A DNA stretch of 22,875 bases from a virus (taxonomy: Duplodnaviria; Heunggongvirae; Uroviricota; Caudoviricetes): the IMG/VR virus record IMGVR_UViG_2651869748_000003, positions 1 through 22,875 of that record; one strand, given 5' to 3'. The notes under the pieces were generated by a model. It made no database searches. It was given only the letters and a program-made list of their open reading frames with translations, and had not been told where the DNA came from. The translations under genes were made by a program, and so were the position numbers. This document shows positions 1 to 6,589 of this stretch, piece after piece (position 1 is the stretch's first letter; each line of letters starts with the position of its first letter).

Positions 1-517
1 CACCAAGCAGAGCAATAAAACCTGGTCCCTGACGCATCCGGTGGATGACGCAATTACCCTGCTGACACAGGGCGGCAGACTGACCTGTAAGTTCCGCCTC
101 TCAGGCGCACTGACCAACAATCAGTTCGGGCTGGGGATTTATCTGTATACCGATGTAGCGTTACCTGACGTCGTGGCGATGACCGGGACTGGTAACCCGT
201 TCCTGATGTCGTTCTTCACCCAGACCACAGACGGCAAACTGAATCTGATGCATCACAAGAAAGCCGGAAACACAAAGTTGGGCGAGTTCGGGAATTACAG
301 TAACGACTGGCAGACGCTGGAGCTGGTGTTCACCGCCGGCAGTGCCACGGTTACTCCGAAACTGAATGGAGTGGCTGGCCCGGCATTCCAGGTCATAAAA
401 GACAGTCTGACACTGGGGCTGAATGCGCTGACGCTGACGGATATTACCAAAAATGCAGCGTATGGCGTTGAGATAGAAAGTCTGGTGCTGGAGATAAATG
501 CACCGGCATCATCATAA
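1..517 (+). CDS. Hypothetical protein, 5'-partial (reading frame open to the window edge; ORF track starts it at GTG 41)
   Basis: Frame is open from nt 2 with no stop before the GTG at 41, so the gene probably begins upstream of the window. No recognisable motif; not lambda-like; sits immediately upstream of the lysis cassette where lambdoid phages often carry morons. Confidence 0.45.
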   Translation, partial: TKQSNKTWSLTHPVDDAITLLTQGGRLTCKFRLSGALTNNQFGLGIYLYTDVALPDVVAMTGTGNPFLMSFFTQTTDGKLNLMHHKKAGNTKLGEFGNYSNDWQTLELVFTAGSATVTPKLNGVAGPAFQVIKDSLTLGLNALTLTDITKNAAYGVEIESLVLEINAPASS

Positions 518-603
518 AAAGTGAGCCAGCCAAATGGAAGGTATCGTTAAACTCACCGGTAGTGTCAGTGGGTCGTCTGAGATGCCTGCATGAGTTATCA
601 GAG

Positions 604-632
604 CCATCAGTACTTAACTGGTGGCTTTTTTT
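604..632 (+). terminator. Candidate rho-independent terminator (possibly tR'-like) upstream of the holin
   Basis: Stem CCATCAG (604-610), loop TACTTAA, stem CTGGTGG (618-624; one G-U pair), followed by CTTTTTTTATT. Lies between the upstream ORF stop (517) and the holin start (668). Confidence 0.5.
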
Positions 633-667
633 ATTGTTGTCAGCTTCCGGATAACGGGAGACGGGGT

Positions 668-883
668 ATGTACCAGATGGAAAAAATCACAACAGGTGTG
701 TCATACACCACGTCAGCGGTGGGAACGGGCTACTGGTTCCTGCAGTTGCTGGACAGGGTTTCCCCGTCTCAGTGGGCGGCAATAGGCGTGCTGGGGAGTC
801 TGCTGTTTGGGCTGCTGACATATCTGACTAACCTGTATTTCAAAATCAGAGAGGACCGTCGTAAGGCGGCGCGGGGAGAGTAA
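668..883 (+). CDS. S: Class II holin (phage 21 S21-type pinholin), 71 aa, dual-start motif MYQM
   Basis: Two predicted TMDs ([20 protein letters not shown] and [23 protein letters not shown]) and a charged C-terminal tail ([13 protein letters not shown]); close to the S21/EssD sequence as I recall it. GGGAG at 655-659 is 8 nt upstream of ATG 668. The ORF-track start at ATG 590 has no SD and would read through the 604-632 hairpin. Confidence 0.9.
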   Translation: MYQMEKITTGVSYTTSAVGTGYWFLQLLDRVSPSQWAAIGVLGSLLFGLLTYLTNLYFKIREDRRKAARGE

Positions 884-887
884 AGCG

Positions 888-1232
888 ATGAAGAAAAAAT
901 ACGAACTGGTTGTTAAAGGGATAAATAATTACCCGAATAAGATTACTGTTACTGTGGCACTGGAAATTGGTGGGTATCCGTCACTGTTGTTGCCAGATGT
1001 GGCGATTAGTCTTGACCGTACTGAAGATGCCACGCTGGAGTTTTACGAAGCTGAGGCGAAAAAGCAGGCGAAGCAGTTTTTCATGGATGTTGCTGCCGGG
1101 TTATGTGAAGGGGATGGTCCGTTGCCGGAAAAGCGCCCCGTAATTTTAGAGGCGCAGGATGTGTTGATAACCTACAGAGGAAAACTACCGGGAATAATTA
1201 CTGGTTCTCTGAAGACTCCACCGCTGGCCTGA
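888..1232 (+). CDS. Hypothetical 114-aa protein inserted between holin and endolysin; no TMD or signal peptide evident
   Basis: ATG 888 is 5 nt after the holin stop with GGGGAGAG upstream (translational coupling). Codon usage looks coherent. Phage 21 and lambda have no gene at this position. Confidence 0.65.
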   Translation: MKKKYELVVKGINNYPNKITVTVALEIGGYPSLLLPDVAISLDRTEDATLEFYEAEAKKQAKQFFMDVAAGLCEGDGPLPEKRPVILEAQDVLITYRGKLPGIITGSLKTPPLA

Positions 1233-1282
1233 AGACTTAACATATCCAGGGATTTGAAATCGATAAACCCTGATAAATATCC

Positions 1283-1816
1283 ATGAACACCAAAATCAAA
1301 TACGGCCTGTCGGCTGCCGTTCTGGCGCTGATTGCCGCTGGTGCGTCTGCGCCTGACATTCTCGATCAGTTTCTGGATGAAAAGGAAGGCAATCACACCA
1401 CGGCATACCGTGATGGTGCAGGTATCTGGACCATCTGCCGTGGTGCCATCATGGTGGATGGCAAACCTGTCGTTCCGGGCATGAAGTTGTCGAAGGAAAA
1501 ATGCGACCAGGTTAACGCCATTGAGCGTGATAAAGCGCTGGCGTGGGTGGAGAAAAACATCAAAGTGCCATTGAGCGAACCCCAGAAAGCGGGGATCGCG
1601 TCATTCTGTCCGTACAACATTGGTCCCGGTAAGTGTTTCCCGTCGACGTTTTATAAACGAATTAATGCAGGTGATCGCAGGGGAGCGTGTGAGGCGATTC
1701 GCTGGTGGATTAAGGACGGTGGCAGAGACTGCCGTATTCGTTCAAACAACTGCTACGGTCAGGTATCCCGTCGTGACCAGGAGAGCGCGCTGGCGTGCTG
1801 GGGTATCGACAGATAA
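1283..1816 (+). CDS. R: SAR endolysin (T4-lysozyme-like, GH24) with N-terminal signal-anchor-release segment
   Basis: N-terminal weakly hydrophobic Gly/Ala-rich segment (GLSAAVLALIAAGASAP) followed by E-x8-D-x5-T catalytic spacing (EGNHTTAYRDGAGIWT). Immediately downstream of a pinholin, as in phage 21. Confidence 0.9.
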   Translation: MNTKIKYGLSAAVLALIAAGASAPDILDQFLDEKEGNHTTAYRDGAGIWTICRGAIMVDGKPVVPGMKLSKEKCDQVNAIERDKALAWVEKNIKVPLSEPQKAGIASFCPYNIGPGKCFPSTFYKRINAGDRRGACEAIRWWIKDGGRDCRIRSNNCYGQVSRRDQESALACWGIDR

Positions 1817-1905
1817 GCAGAATATTTTGCTGAAAAATAAAGCATGGCCACGCGGGCGGATAACATGAAATCCTGCGAACTGGCGAAACGTAAGTGAATA
1901 AAAGT

Positions 1906-1945
1906 AAAAACCCCGTTTGTTGGCACCAAGCGGGGTTTTGTGTTT
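1906..1945. terminator. Stem-loop with flanking A-tract and T-tract (candidate bidirectional terminator or attenuator) between endolysin and spanin genes
   Basis: AAAAACCCCG (1906-1915), 15-nt loop, CGGGGTTTT (1931-1939), then GTGTTT. The stem arms are perfectly complementary. Confidence 0.45.
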
Positions 1946-2014
1946 CCTGACTCCGGAAAAGTCAAAGGAGAAAGTGTGTTTGATTTTAGCAAACTGATTC
2001 GGGAGATTCGAGTG

Positions 2015-2113
2015 ATGGCTGAAAAATTATCCACCTGGAAGTTCATTCTTATCTGGCTGGTGTTTGTGATTATGGCCTCCGGTTATTTCATCGGTCAGAT
2101 ACGCTGGTGGTGA
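2015..2113 (+). CDS. Candidate 32-codon micro-ORF encoding a single-TMD peptide ([32 protein letters not shown])
   Basis: GGGAG at 2001-2005 is 9 nt upstream of ATG 2015. Stop TGA 2111-2113 is 1 nt before the Rz ATG 2115. Hydrophobic core flanked by K and R/W. Below the size cutoff of the supplied ORF track. Confidence 0.35.
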   Translation: MAEKLSTWKFILIWLVFVIMASGYFIGQIRWW

Positions 2114-2114
2114 A

Positions 2115-2579
2115 ATGAACCGCGTACTGTGCGTGGTCATCATTGCCCTGCTGGTGGCCTGTGGTGCGCTTAGTCTGGGGCTGAATCATTACCGTGATAA
2201 CGCCATTACCTACAAAGCCCAGCGCGACAAAAATGTCAGAGAACTGAAGCTGGCGAACGCGGCAATTACTGACATGCAGATGCGTCAGCGTGATGTTGCT
2301 GCGCTCGATGCAAAATACACGAAGGAGTTAGCTGATGCGAAAGCTGAAAATGATGCTCTGCGTGATGATGTTGCCGCTGGTCGTCGTCGGTTGCACATCA
2401 AAGCAGTCTGTCAGTCAGTGCGTGAAGCCACCACCGCCTCCGGCGTGGATAATGCAGCCTCCCCCCGACTGGCAGACACCGCTGAACGGGATTATTTCAC
2501 CCTCAGAGCGCGACTGATAATAATGCAAAAACAACTTGAAGGGGCACAGCTATACATTCGAGAGCAATGCCTCAGATAA
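2115..2579 (+). CDS. Rz: i-spanin Rz (inner-membrane spanin subunit)
   Basis: N-terminal TMD ([18 protein letters not shown]), coiled-coil-like periplasmic region, Rz1 embedded in the +1 frame. Similar to lambda/DLP12 Rz as recalled. Confidence 0.9.
   Translation: MNRVLCVVIIALLVACGALSLGLNHYRDNAITYKAQRDKNVRELKLANAAITDMQMRQRDVAALDAKYTKELADAKAENDALRDDVAAGRRRLHIKAVCQSVREATTASGVDNAASPRLADTAERDYFTLRARLIIMQKQLEGAQLYIREQCLR
2335..2517 (+). CDS. Rz1: o-spanin Rz1 (outer-membrane lipoprotein), wholly embedded in Rz
   Basis: AAGGAG at 2322-2327 is 7 nt upstream of ATG 2335. Signal peptide with lipobox LVVVGC; proline-rich mature part ([15 protein letters not shown]); 60 aa as in lambda Rz1. Confidence 0.85.
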   Translation: MRKLKMMLCVMMLPLVVVGCTSKQSVSQCVKPPPPPAWIMQPPPDWQTPLNGIISPSERD

Positions 2580-2886
2580 AAACCGGCCAAGGATAATCCG
2601 CTGAAGATTCGCCGGTGGCTAAAGTGTGCCAAGAGTTCAATTTACGCAATTACTCCAGTCGATGCTATGCACCGTCTTTGTGAAGTCAATGGATACCTGA
2701 TTTATTTCTGTGCGCTGTATCGTCGCTGTACTCTTGCATTAATTATGACTGTAGCCTGACGGGGAACTCCTTCTGCACAAGTGTGGGGGAATAATCAAAA
2801 ACGATGCACACCGGGGTTACCGGGTACACATATTTCATCATGCCAGCGAGTCCGGTTCTGGCACGGAAGAAACCGGACGTTATGAT

Positions 2887-3297
2887 TTAGTGCGGAAATA
2901 TTTGTGTAGTGTTCTGAATGTTCTCAGTAAAGAGTAATGAATTATCAAAGGTATAGTAATACCTTTTGTTTTCGTGGATATTTGTAATCCATCTGAAAAC
3001 CCCTGCTGTAGCAAGATTTTTCCTGTATTCGTAAAATGATAACTCTCCTGATTTGAATCCTTTTAAGGTGGCTTCTATAAGGCATTTATTTTTTGAAAAT
3101 CTTACATTTACAACCTTACCCTGTCCTTTTATTAAAACCGTATTATCGTTTTCAAGAACAAGATGAATATTCTCTGTGGCTAAATAGTAAATGTAATGTG
3201 AGACATTGTGACGTTTTAGTTCAGAATAAAACCAGTGATAGTTTAAATTATTTCGCACTTTATCGAATATTTGTTTAAAAATGGCAACCTGAGCCAT
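2887..3297 (-). CDS. DUF1398-like protein (lambda right-end ORF / E. coli YbcV-YdfO family), about 136 aa
   Basis: Minus-strand ORF in the AT-rich segment. Start chosen at the second Met (MAQVAIFK...) because GGAAGG lies 7 nt upstream; the track start at 3312 has no SD. Resembles the lambda right-end ORF and YbcV as recalled. Confidence 0.75.
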   Translation of the reverse strand: MAQVAIFKQIFDKVRNNLNYHWFYSELKRHNVSHYIYYLATENIHLVLENDNTVLIKGQGKVVNVRFSKNKCLIEATLKGFKSGELSFYEYRKNLATAGVFRWITNIHENKRYYYTFDNSLLFTENIQNTTQIFPH

Positions 3298-3354
3298 TGT
3301 AGTACCTTCCATGTGATATGAGGGGGCGTAGTCTGCACGATTATCTAAATTGCT

Positions 3355-3588
3355 TCAATCTGGTCTGACCTGTTTTCTGAGCAATTCAGTAATGTCACTC
3401 TTTTCTTTGTTTGCTTCAGGCGAAACTCTTTTTACTGAGCACAGTCTCCGGCGGCAGGCTTCAATGACCCAGGCTGAGAAATTCCCGGACCCTTTTTGAA
3501 CAAGAGCGATGTTAATTTGTTCAATCATCTGGTTTGGAAATCGGATGTTGCGGGTTGTTGTTCTGCGGGTTCTGTTCTTTGATGACAT
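3355..3588 (-). CDS. Small ribbon-helix-helix-like protein (YlcI/YnfO, DUF3950-like; lambda right-end ORF homolog), 77 aa
   Basis: GGGGA is 6 nt upstream of ATG 3588 on the minus strand. Arg/Thr-rich N-terminus, then a strand-helix-GxS-helix pattern (NIRFPNQMIEQINIALVQKGSGNFSAWVIEACRRRL). Same position and orientation as the lambda right-end ORF as recalled. Confidence 0.75.
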   Translation of the reverse strand: MSSKNRTRRTTTRNIRFPNQMIEQINIALVQKGSGNFSAWVIEACRRRLCSVKRVSPEANKEKSDITELLRKQVRPD

Positions 3589-3794
3589 AATGTTTCCCCA
3601 TATTCAGTGTTGCTGATTTGTATTATCTGAAGTTGCTTTTACGTTAATTTGACGCAGATCAATCAATACGATACCTGCGTCATAATTGATTATTTCTCGT
3701 GGTTTGATGGCGTACACACATGTTGTGATAAACCTTATATAGATGATAATCATTATCATTTCGTGGGTCCTTTCCGGCGATCCGGGCCGTTACG

Positions 3795-3806
3795 GGGCGG
3801 CGACCT
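3795..3806 (+). other. cosN (cohesive-end site), GGGCGGCGACCT
   Basis: The 12-mer and its flanks (TTACG upstream, CGCGGGTTTTCGCTATTTATGAAAATTTTCCGG downstream) match the lambda genome ends as I recall them. Lies about 185 bp upstream of the small terminase gene, as in lambda. Confidence 0.85.
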
Positions 3807-3843
3807 CGCGGGTTTTCGCTATTTATGAAAATTTTCCGGGATC

Positions 3844-3942
3844 CATGTCCGGTTTCTCTTCAAGTTAACTATATGAAAAATATAAAAACAGGTCTTCTGT
3901 GAACCGGACATGAACAAAAAACAGACATGTAAACCGGACATG
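3844..3942 (+). other. cosB-like region: three copies of an 11-bp element (AACCGGACATG at 3902-3912 and 3932-3942; inverted CATGTCCGGTT at 3844-3854) flanking an A-tract-rich segment
   Basis: Repeats seen directly. The arrangement (one inverted copy, AT-rich bendable spacer, two direct copies 30 bp apart) parallels lambda R3-I1-R2-R1, but the repeat sequence differs from the lambda R elements as recalled. Confidence 0.6.
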
Positions 3943-3989
3943 ACCGGTTTTGTTGTGATTGTGAGGTGAGAGTTTTTGCGAGGTGAGGA

Positions 3990-4499
3990 GTGGCTACGCA
4001 GACTGAAGTTGCCAGGCATTTAAGTCTGACCGATCGCCAGCTTCGCAGATTGCAGAAATTGCCGGGTGCCCCGATATCGAATAAGCGAGGGCAACTGGAT
4101 CTGGATGCCTGGCGCGATTTTTACATATCGTATCTGAGGAGAAGTAAAAACGATGTGCCTGATGGCGATAGCGAAGACGACTATGAGGAGAAATTGCTTA
4201 TTGCCAGATGGGAACTGACAGCAGAACAGGCTGTTACACAGCAGTTAAAAAATGAGGTGTCAAAAGGAAAACTTATTGACACCGGGTTCTGTATTTTTGC
4301 CCTCAGTAAGCTGGCAATGGCGTTATCCAGTACGCTTGATTCCATCCCTTTATCCATGCAGCGACAGTTTCCTGATTTAACACCGCGCCATCTTGACCAT
4401 CTGAAAACCCTTATTGCGAAGGGGGCAAATCAGTGTGCGCGGGCAGGGGATAAATTACCGGATTTACTCGATGAATATATCAGAGCAACAACTGAATAA
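3990..4499 (+). CDS. nu1: Terminase small subunit (Nu1-like; lambda-like C-terminal half, diverged N-terminal DNA-binding domain)
   Basis: GTG start at 3990. The C-terminal half aligns with lambda Nu1 as recalled (FCIFALSKLA...LPLSMQRQFPDL..RH.D.LK); the N-terminal approx. 40 aa (ATQTEVARHLSLTDRQLRRLQK) is HTH-like but diverged. 3' end overlaps the large subunit gene by 29 nt, as in lambda. Confidence 0.85.
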   Translation: MATQTEVARHLSLTDRQLRRLQKLPGAPISNKRGQLDLDAWRDFYISYLRRSKNDVPDGDSEDDYEEKLLIARWELTAEQAVTQQLKNEVSKGKLIDTGFCIFALSKLAMALSSTLDSIPLSMQRQFPDLTPRHLDHLKTLIAKGANQCARAGDKLPDLLDEYIRATTE

Positions 4500-6399
4500 T
4501 ATGGTGGCCGCCGTTTCGGTTGCGCTGCAGCCTCTGGTCAGGGTTGTACCGATGACGGCAGTTGAATGGGCTGACCAGTATTATTATCTGCCGAAAGAAT
4601 CCTCATACGGTGACGGCGAATGGAAAACGCTGCCGTTCCAGATCGCCATCATGAACAGTATGGGGAATGATCAGATCCGCACTGTTAATCTGATTAAATC
4701 TGCCCGTGTTGGCTATACAAAGATGTTGCTGGGAGTCGCCGGGTATTTTATTGAGCATAAATCCCGAAACAGTCTGCTTTTTCAGCCCACGGATTCTGCC
4801 GCTGAAGATTTTATGAAGTCTCACGTGGAGGCGACGATTCGGGACGTGCCATGCCTGAAAGATCTTTCCCCGTGGCTGGGTCGTAAACATCGTGACAATA
4901 CTCTCACGCTGAAACGCTTTTCATCGGGGGTGGGCTTCTGGTGCCTGGGTGGTGCGGCAGCAAAAAACTACCGTGAAAAATCCGTGGACGTGGTCTGCTA
5001 TGACGAACTTTCCTCGTTCGAGCCGGATGTCGAAAAAGAGGGCTCGCCAACCCTGCTGGGGGATAAGCGTATTGAGGGCTCGGTATGGCCAAAATCCATT
5101 CGCGGCTCGACGCCTAAAATAAAAGGCTCCTGCCAGATCGAAAAAGCGGCCAACGAGTCGGCGCATTTCATGCGTTTTTATGTGTCCTGCCCGCACTGTG
5201 GGGAGGCGCAGTATCTGAAATTTGGCGATGAGTCCACGCCTTTTGGCCTTAAATGGGAGAAGGACAGCCCCGAAAGCGTTTTCTACCTCTGTGAACATCA
5301 TGGCTGCGTGATCCATCAGTCTGAGCTTGACCAGAGCAACGGGCGGTGGATCTGCGAAAACACGGGCATGTGGACCCGCGACGGTCTGACGTTTTTCAGC
5401 GCCGCGGATAATGAAATTCCGCCGCCGCGCTCCATCACATTTCATATCTGGACGGCGTACAGTCCGTTCACCACCTGGGTACAGATTGTCTATGACTGGC
5501 TGGATGCACTGAAAGATCCCAACGGCCTGAAAACCTTTGTGAACACCACGCTGGGCGAGACCTGGGAAGAGGCCGTGGGCGAAAAACTCGATCACCAGGT
5601 GCTGATGGATAAGGTGGTGCGTTACACGGCGACGGTGCCTGCCCGGGTGGTTTATCTGACGGCGGGCATTGACTCGCAGCGAAACCGTTTTGAGATGTAT
5701 GTCTGGGGATGGGCTCCGGGAGAGGAAGCCTTTCTGGTGGATAAAATCATCATTATGGGGCGTCCTGATGAGGAAGAGACGCTGTTACGTGTGGATGCGG
5801 CGATCAACAAAAAATACCGCCATGCGGATGGCACCGAAATGACTATTTCCCGTGTCTGCTGGGACACCGGGGGGATCGATGGTGAAATTGTTTATCAGAG
5901 ATCAAAAAAACACGGTGTTTTCCGGGTGCTGCCGGTAAAAGGCGCATCTGTCTATGGCAAGCCGGTGATCACCATGCCAAAAACCCGCAATCAGCGGGGC
6001 GTGTATCTGTGTGAAGTGGGAACGGACACCGCAAAAGAAATTCTCTATGCCCGTATGAAAGCCGATCCCTCGCCTGCGGATGAAGCCACGTCGTATGCCA
6101 TCCGTTTTCCTGATGATCCGGAGATTTTTTCGCAGACAGAGGCGCAGCAACTGGTGGCGGAAGAGCTGGTGGAGAAGTGGGAAAAAGGAAAGATGCGTCT
6201 GCTGTGGGATAACAAAAAGCGGCGTAACGAAGCGCTGGACTGCCTGGTGTATGCCTACGCGGCATTACGTGTGTCCGTGCAACGCTGGCAGCTTGATCTG
6301 GCTGTACTGGCAAAATCCCGGGAAGAAGAGACGACCCGGCCAACCCTGAAAGAACTGGCAGCGAAGCTGTCCGGAGGAGTGAATGGTTACAGTCGCTGA
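4471..6399 (+). CDS. A: Terminase large subunit (lambda gpA homolog), 642 aa
   Basis: Collinear similarity to lambda gpA as recalled (TAVEWAD..YYLPKES, KSARVGY.KMLLGV, WCLGGAAAKNYREKSVDV, GDKRIEGSVWPKSIRGSTPK). Start set at ATG 4471 (MNISEQQ...), matching the lambda Nu1/A overlap; the track's upstream start at 4414 is unlikely. Confidence 0.95.
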   Translation: MNISEQQLNNMVAAVSVALQPLVRVVPMTAVEWADQYYYLPKESSYGDGEWKTLPFQIAIMNSMGNDQIRTVNLIKSARVGYTKMLLGVAGYFIEHKSRNSLLFQPTDSAAEDFMKSHVEATIRDVPCLKDLSPWLGRKHRDNTLTLKRFSSGVGFWCLGGAAAKNYREKSVDVVCYDELSSFEPDVEKEGSPTLLGDKRIEGSVWPKSIRGSTPKIKGSCQIEKAANESAHFMRFYVSCPHCGEAQYLKFGDESTPFGLKWEKDSPESVFYLCEHHGCVIHQSELDQSNGRWICENTGMWTRDGLTFFSAADNEIPPPRSITFHIWTAYSPFTTWVQIVYDWLDALKDPNGLKTFVNTTLGETWEEAVGEKLDHQVLMDKVVRYTATVPARVVYLTAGIDSQRNRFEMYVWGWAPGEEAFLVDKIIIMGRPDEEETLLRVDAAINKKYRHADGTEMTISRVCWDTGGIDGEIVYQRSKKHGVFRVLPVKGASVYGKPVITMPKTRNQRGVYLCEVGTDTAKEILYARMKADPSPADEATSYAIRFPDDPEIFSQTEAQQLVAEELVEKWEKGKMRLLWDNKKRRNEALDCLVYAYAALRVSVQRWQLDLAVLAKSREEETTRPTLKELAAKLSGGVNGYSR

Positions 6400-6589
6400 A
6401 CTGCAGGCGCTGCGTCAGGCGCGCCTTGATTTATTAACCGGTAAACGGGTGGTGTCTGTCCAGAAAGATGGTCGCAGAATTGAATATACGGCGGCTTCTC
6501 TGGATGAGCTTAACCGGGCGATCAATGATGCGGAGTCGGTACTGGGGACAACCCGGCGTCGCCGTCGTCCGCTGGGAGTGAGGTTATGA
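6383..6589 (+). CDS. W: Head-tail joining / head completion protein (lambda gpW homolog), 68 aa
   Basis: LTGKRVVSVQKDGRRIEYTAASL matches lambda W as recalled; same length; overlaps flanking genes as in lambda. Confidence 0.9.
   Translation: MVTVAELQALRQARLDLLTGKRVVSVQKDGRRIEYTAASLDELNRAINDAESVLGTTRRRRRPLGVRL

Noticed and set aside
590-667. Upstream extension of the holin ORF to ATG 590 (97-aa product)
   Set aside because: No Shine-Dalgarno before 590 and the extension would be translated through the 604-632 terminator hairpin; ATG 668 has a GGGAG SD and gives the canonical 71-aa S21-type holin.
518-667. Possible tRNA gene between the upstream ORF and the holin, as found in some lambdoid phages
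   Set aside because: The interval is only about 150 bp and is largely occupied by the terminator hairpin; I could not fold any cloverleaf-like segment or find the conserved T-loop motif.
1620-1868. 82-aa plus-strand ORF overlapping the endolysin 3' end
   Set aside because: Mostly an alternative frame of the endolysin gene; Arg-rich translation; only its last 17 codons lie in intergenic DNA.
3819-4019. 66-aa minus-strand ORF across the cos region
   Set aside because: Overlaps cosN and the cosB repeats and the start of the small terminase gene; the region is better explained as the packaging site.
4414-4470. Upstream extension of the terminase large subunit to the ORF-track start at 4414
   Set aside because: Homology to lambda gpA begins at MNISEQQ (ATG 4471), and the 29-nt overlap with the small subunit gene matches the lambda arrangement.
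4921-5595. 224-aa minus-strand ORF plus other antisense ORFs between 4603 and 6343
   Set aside because: Inside the terminase large subunit gene on the opposite strand; no homology or start signals.
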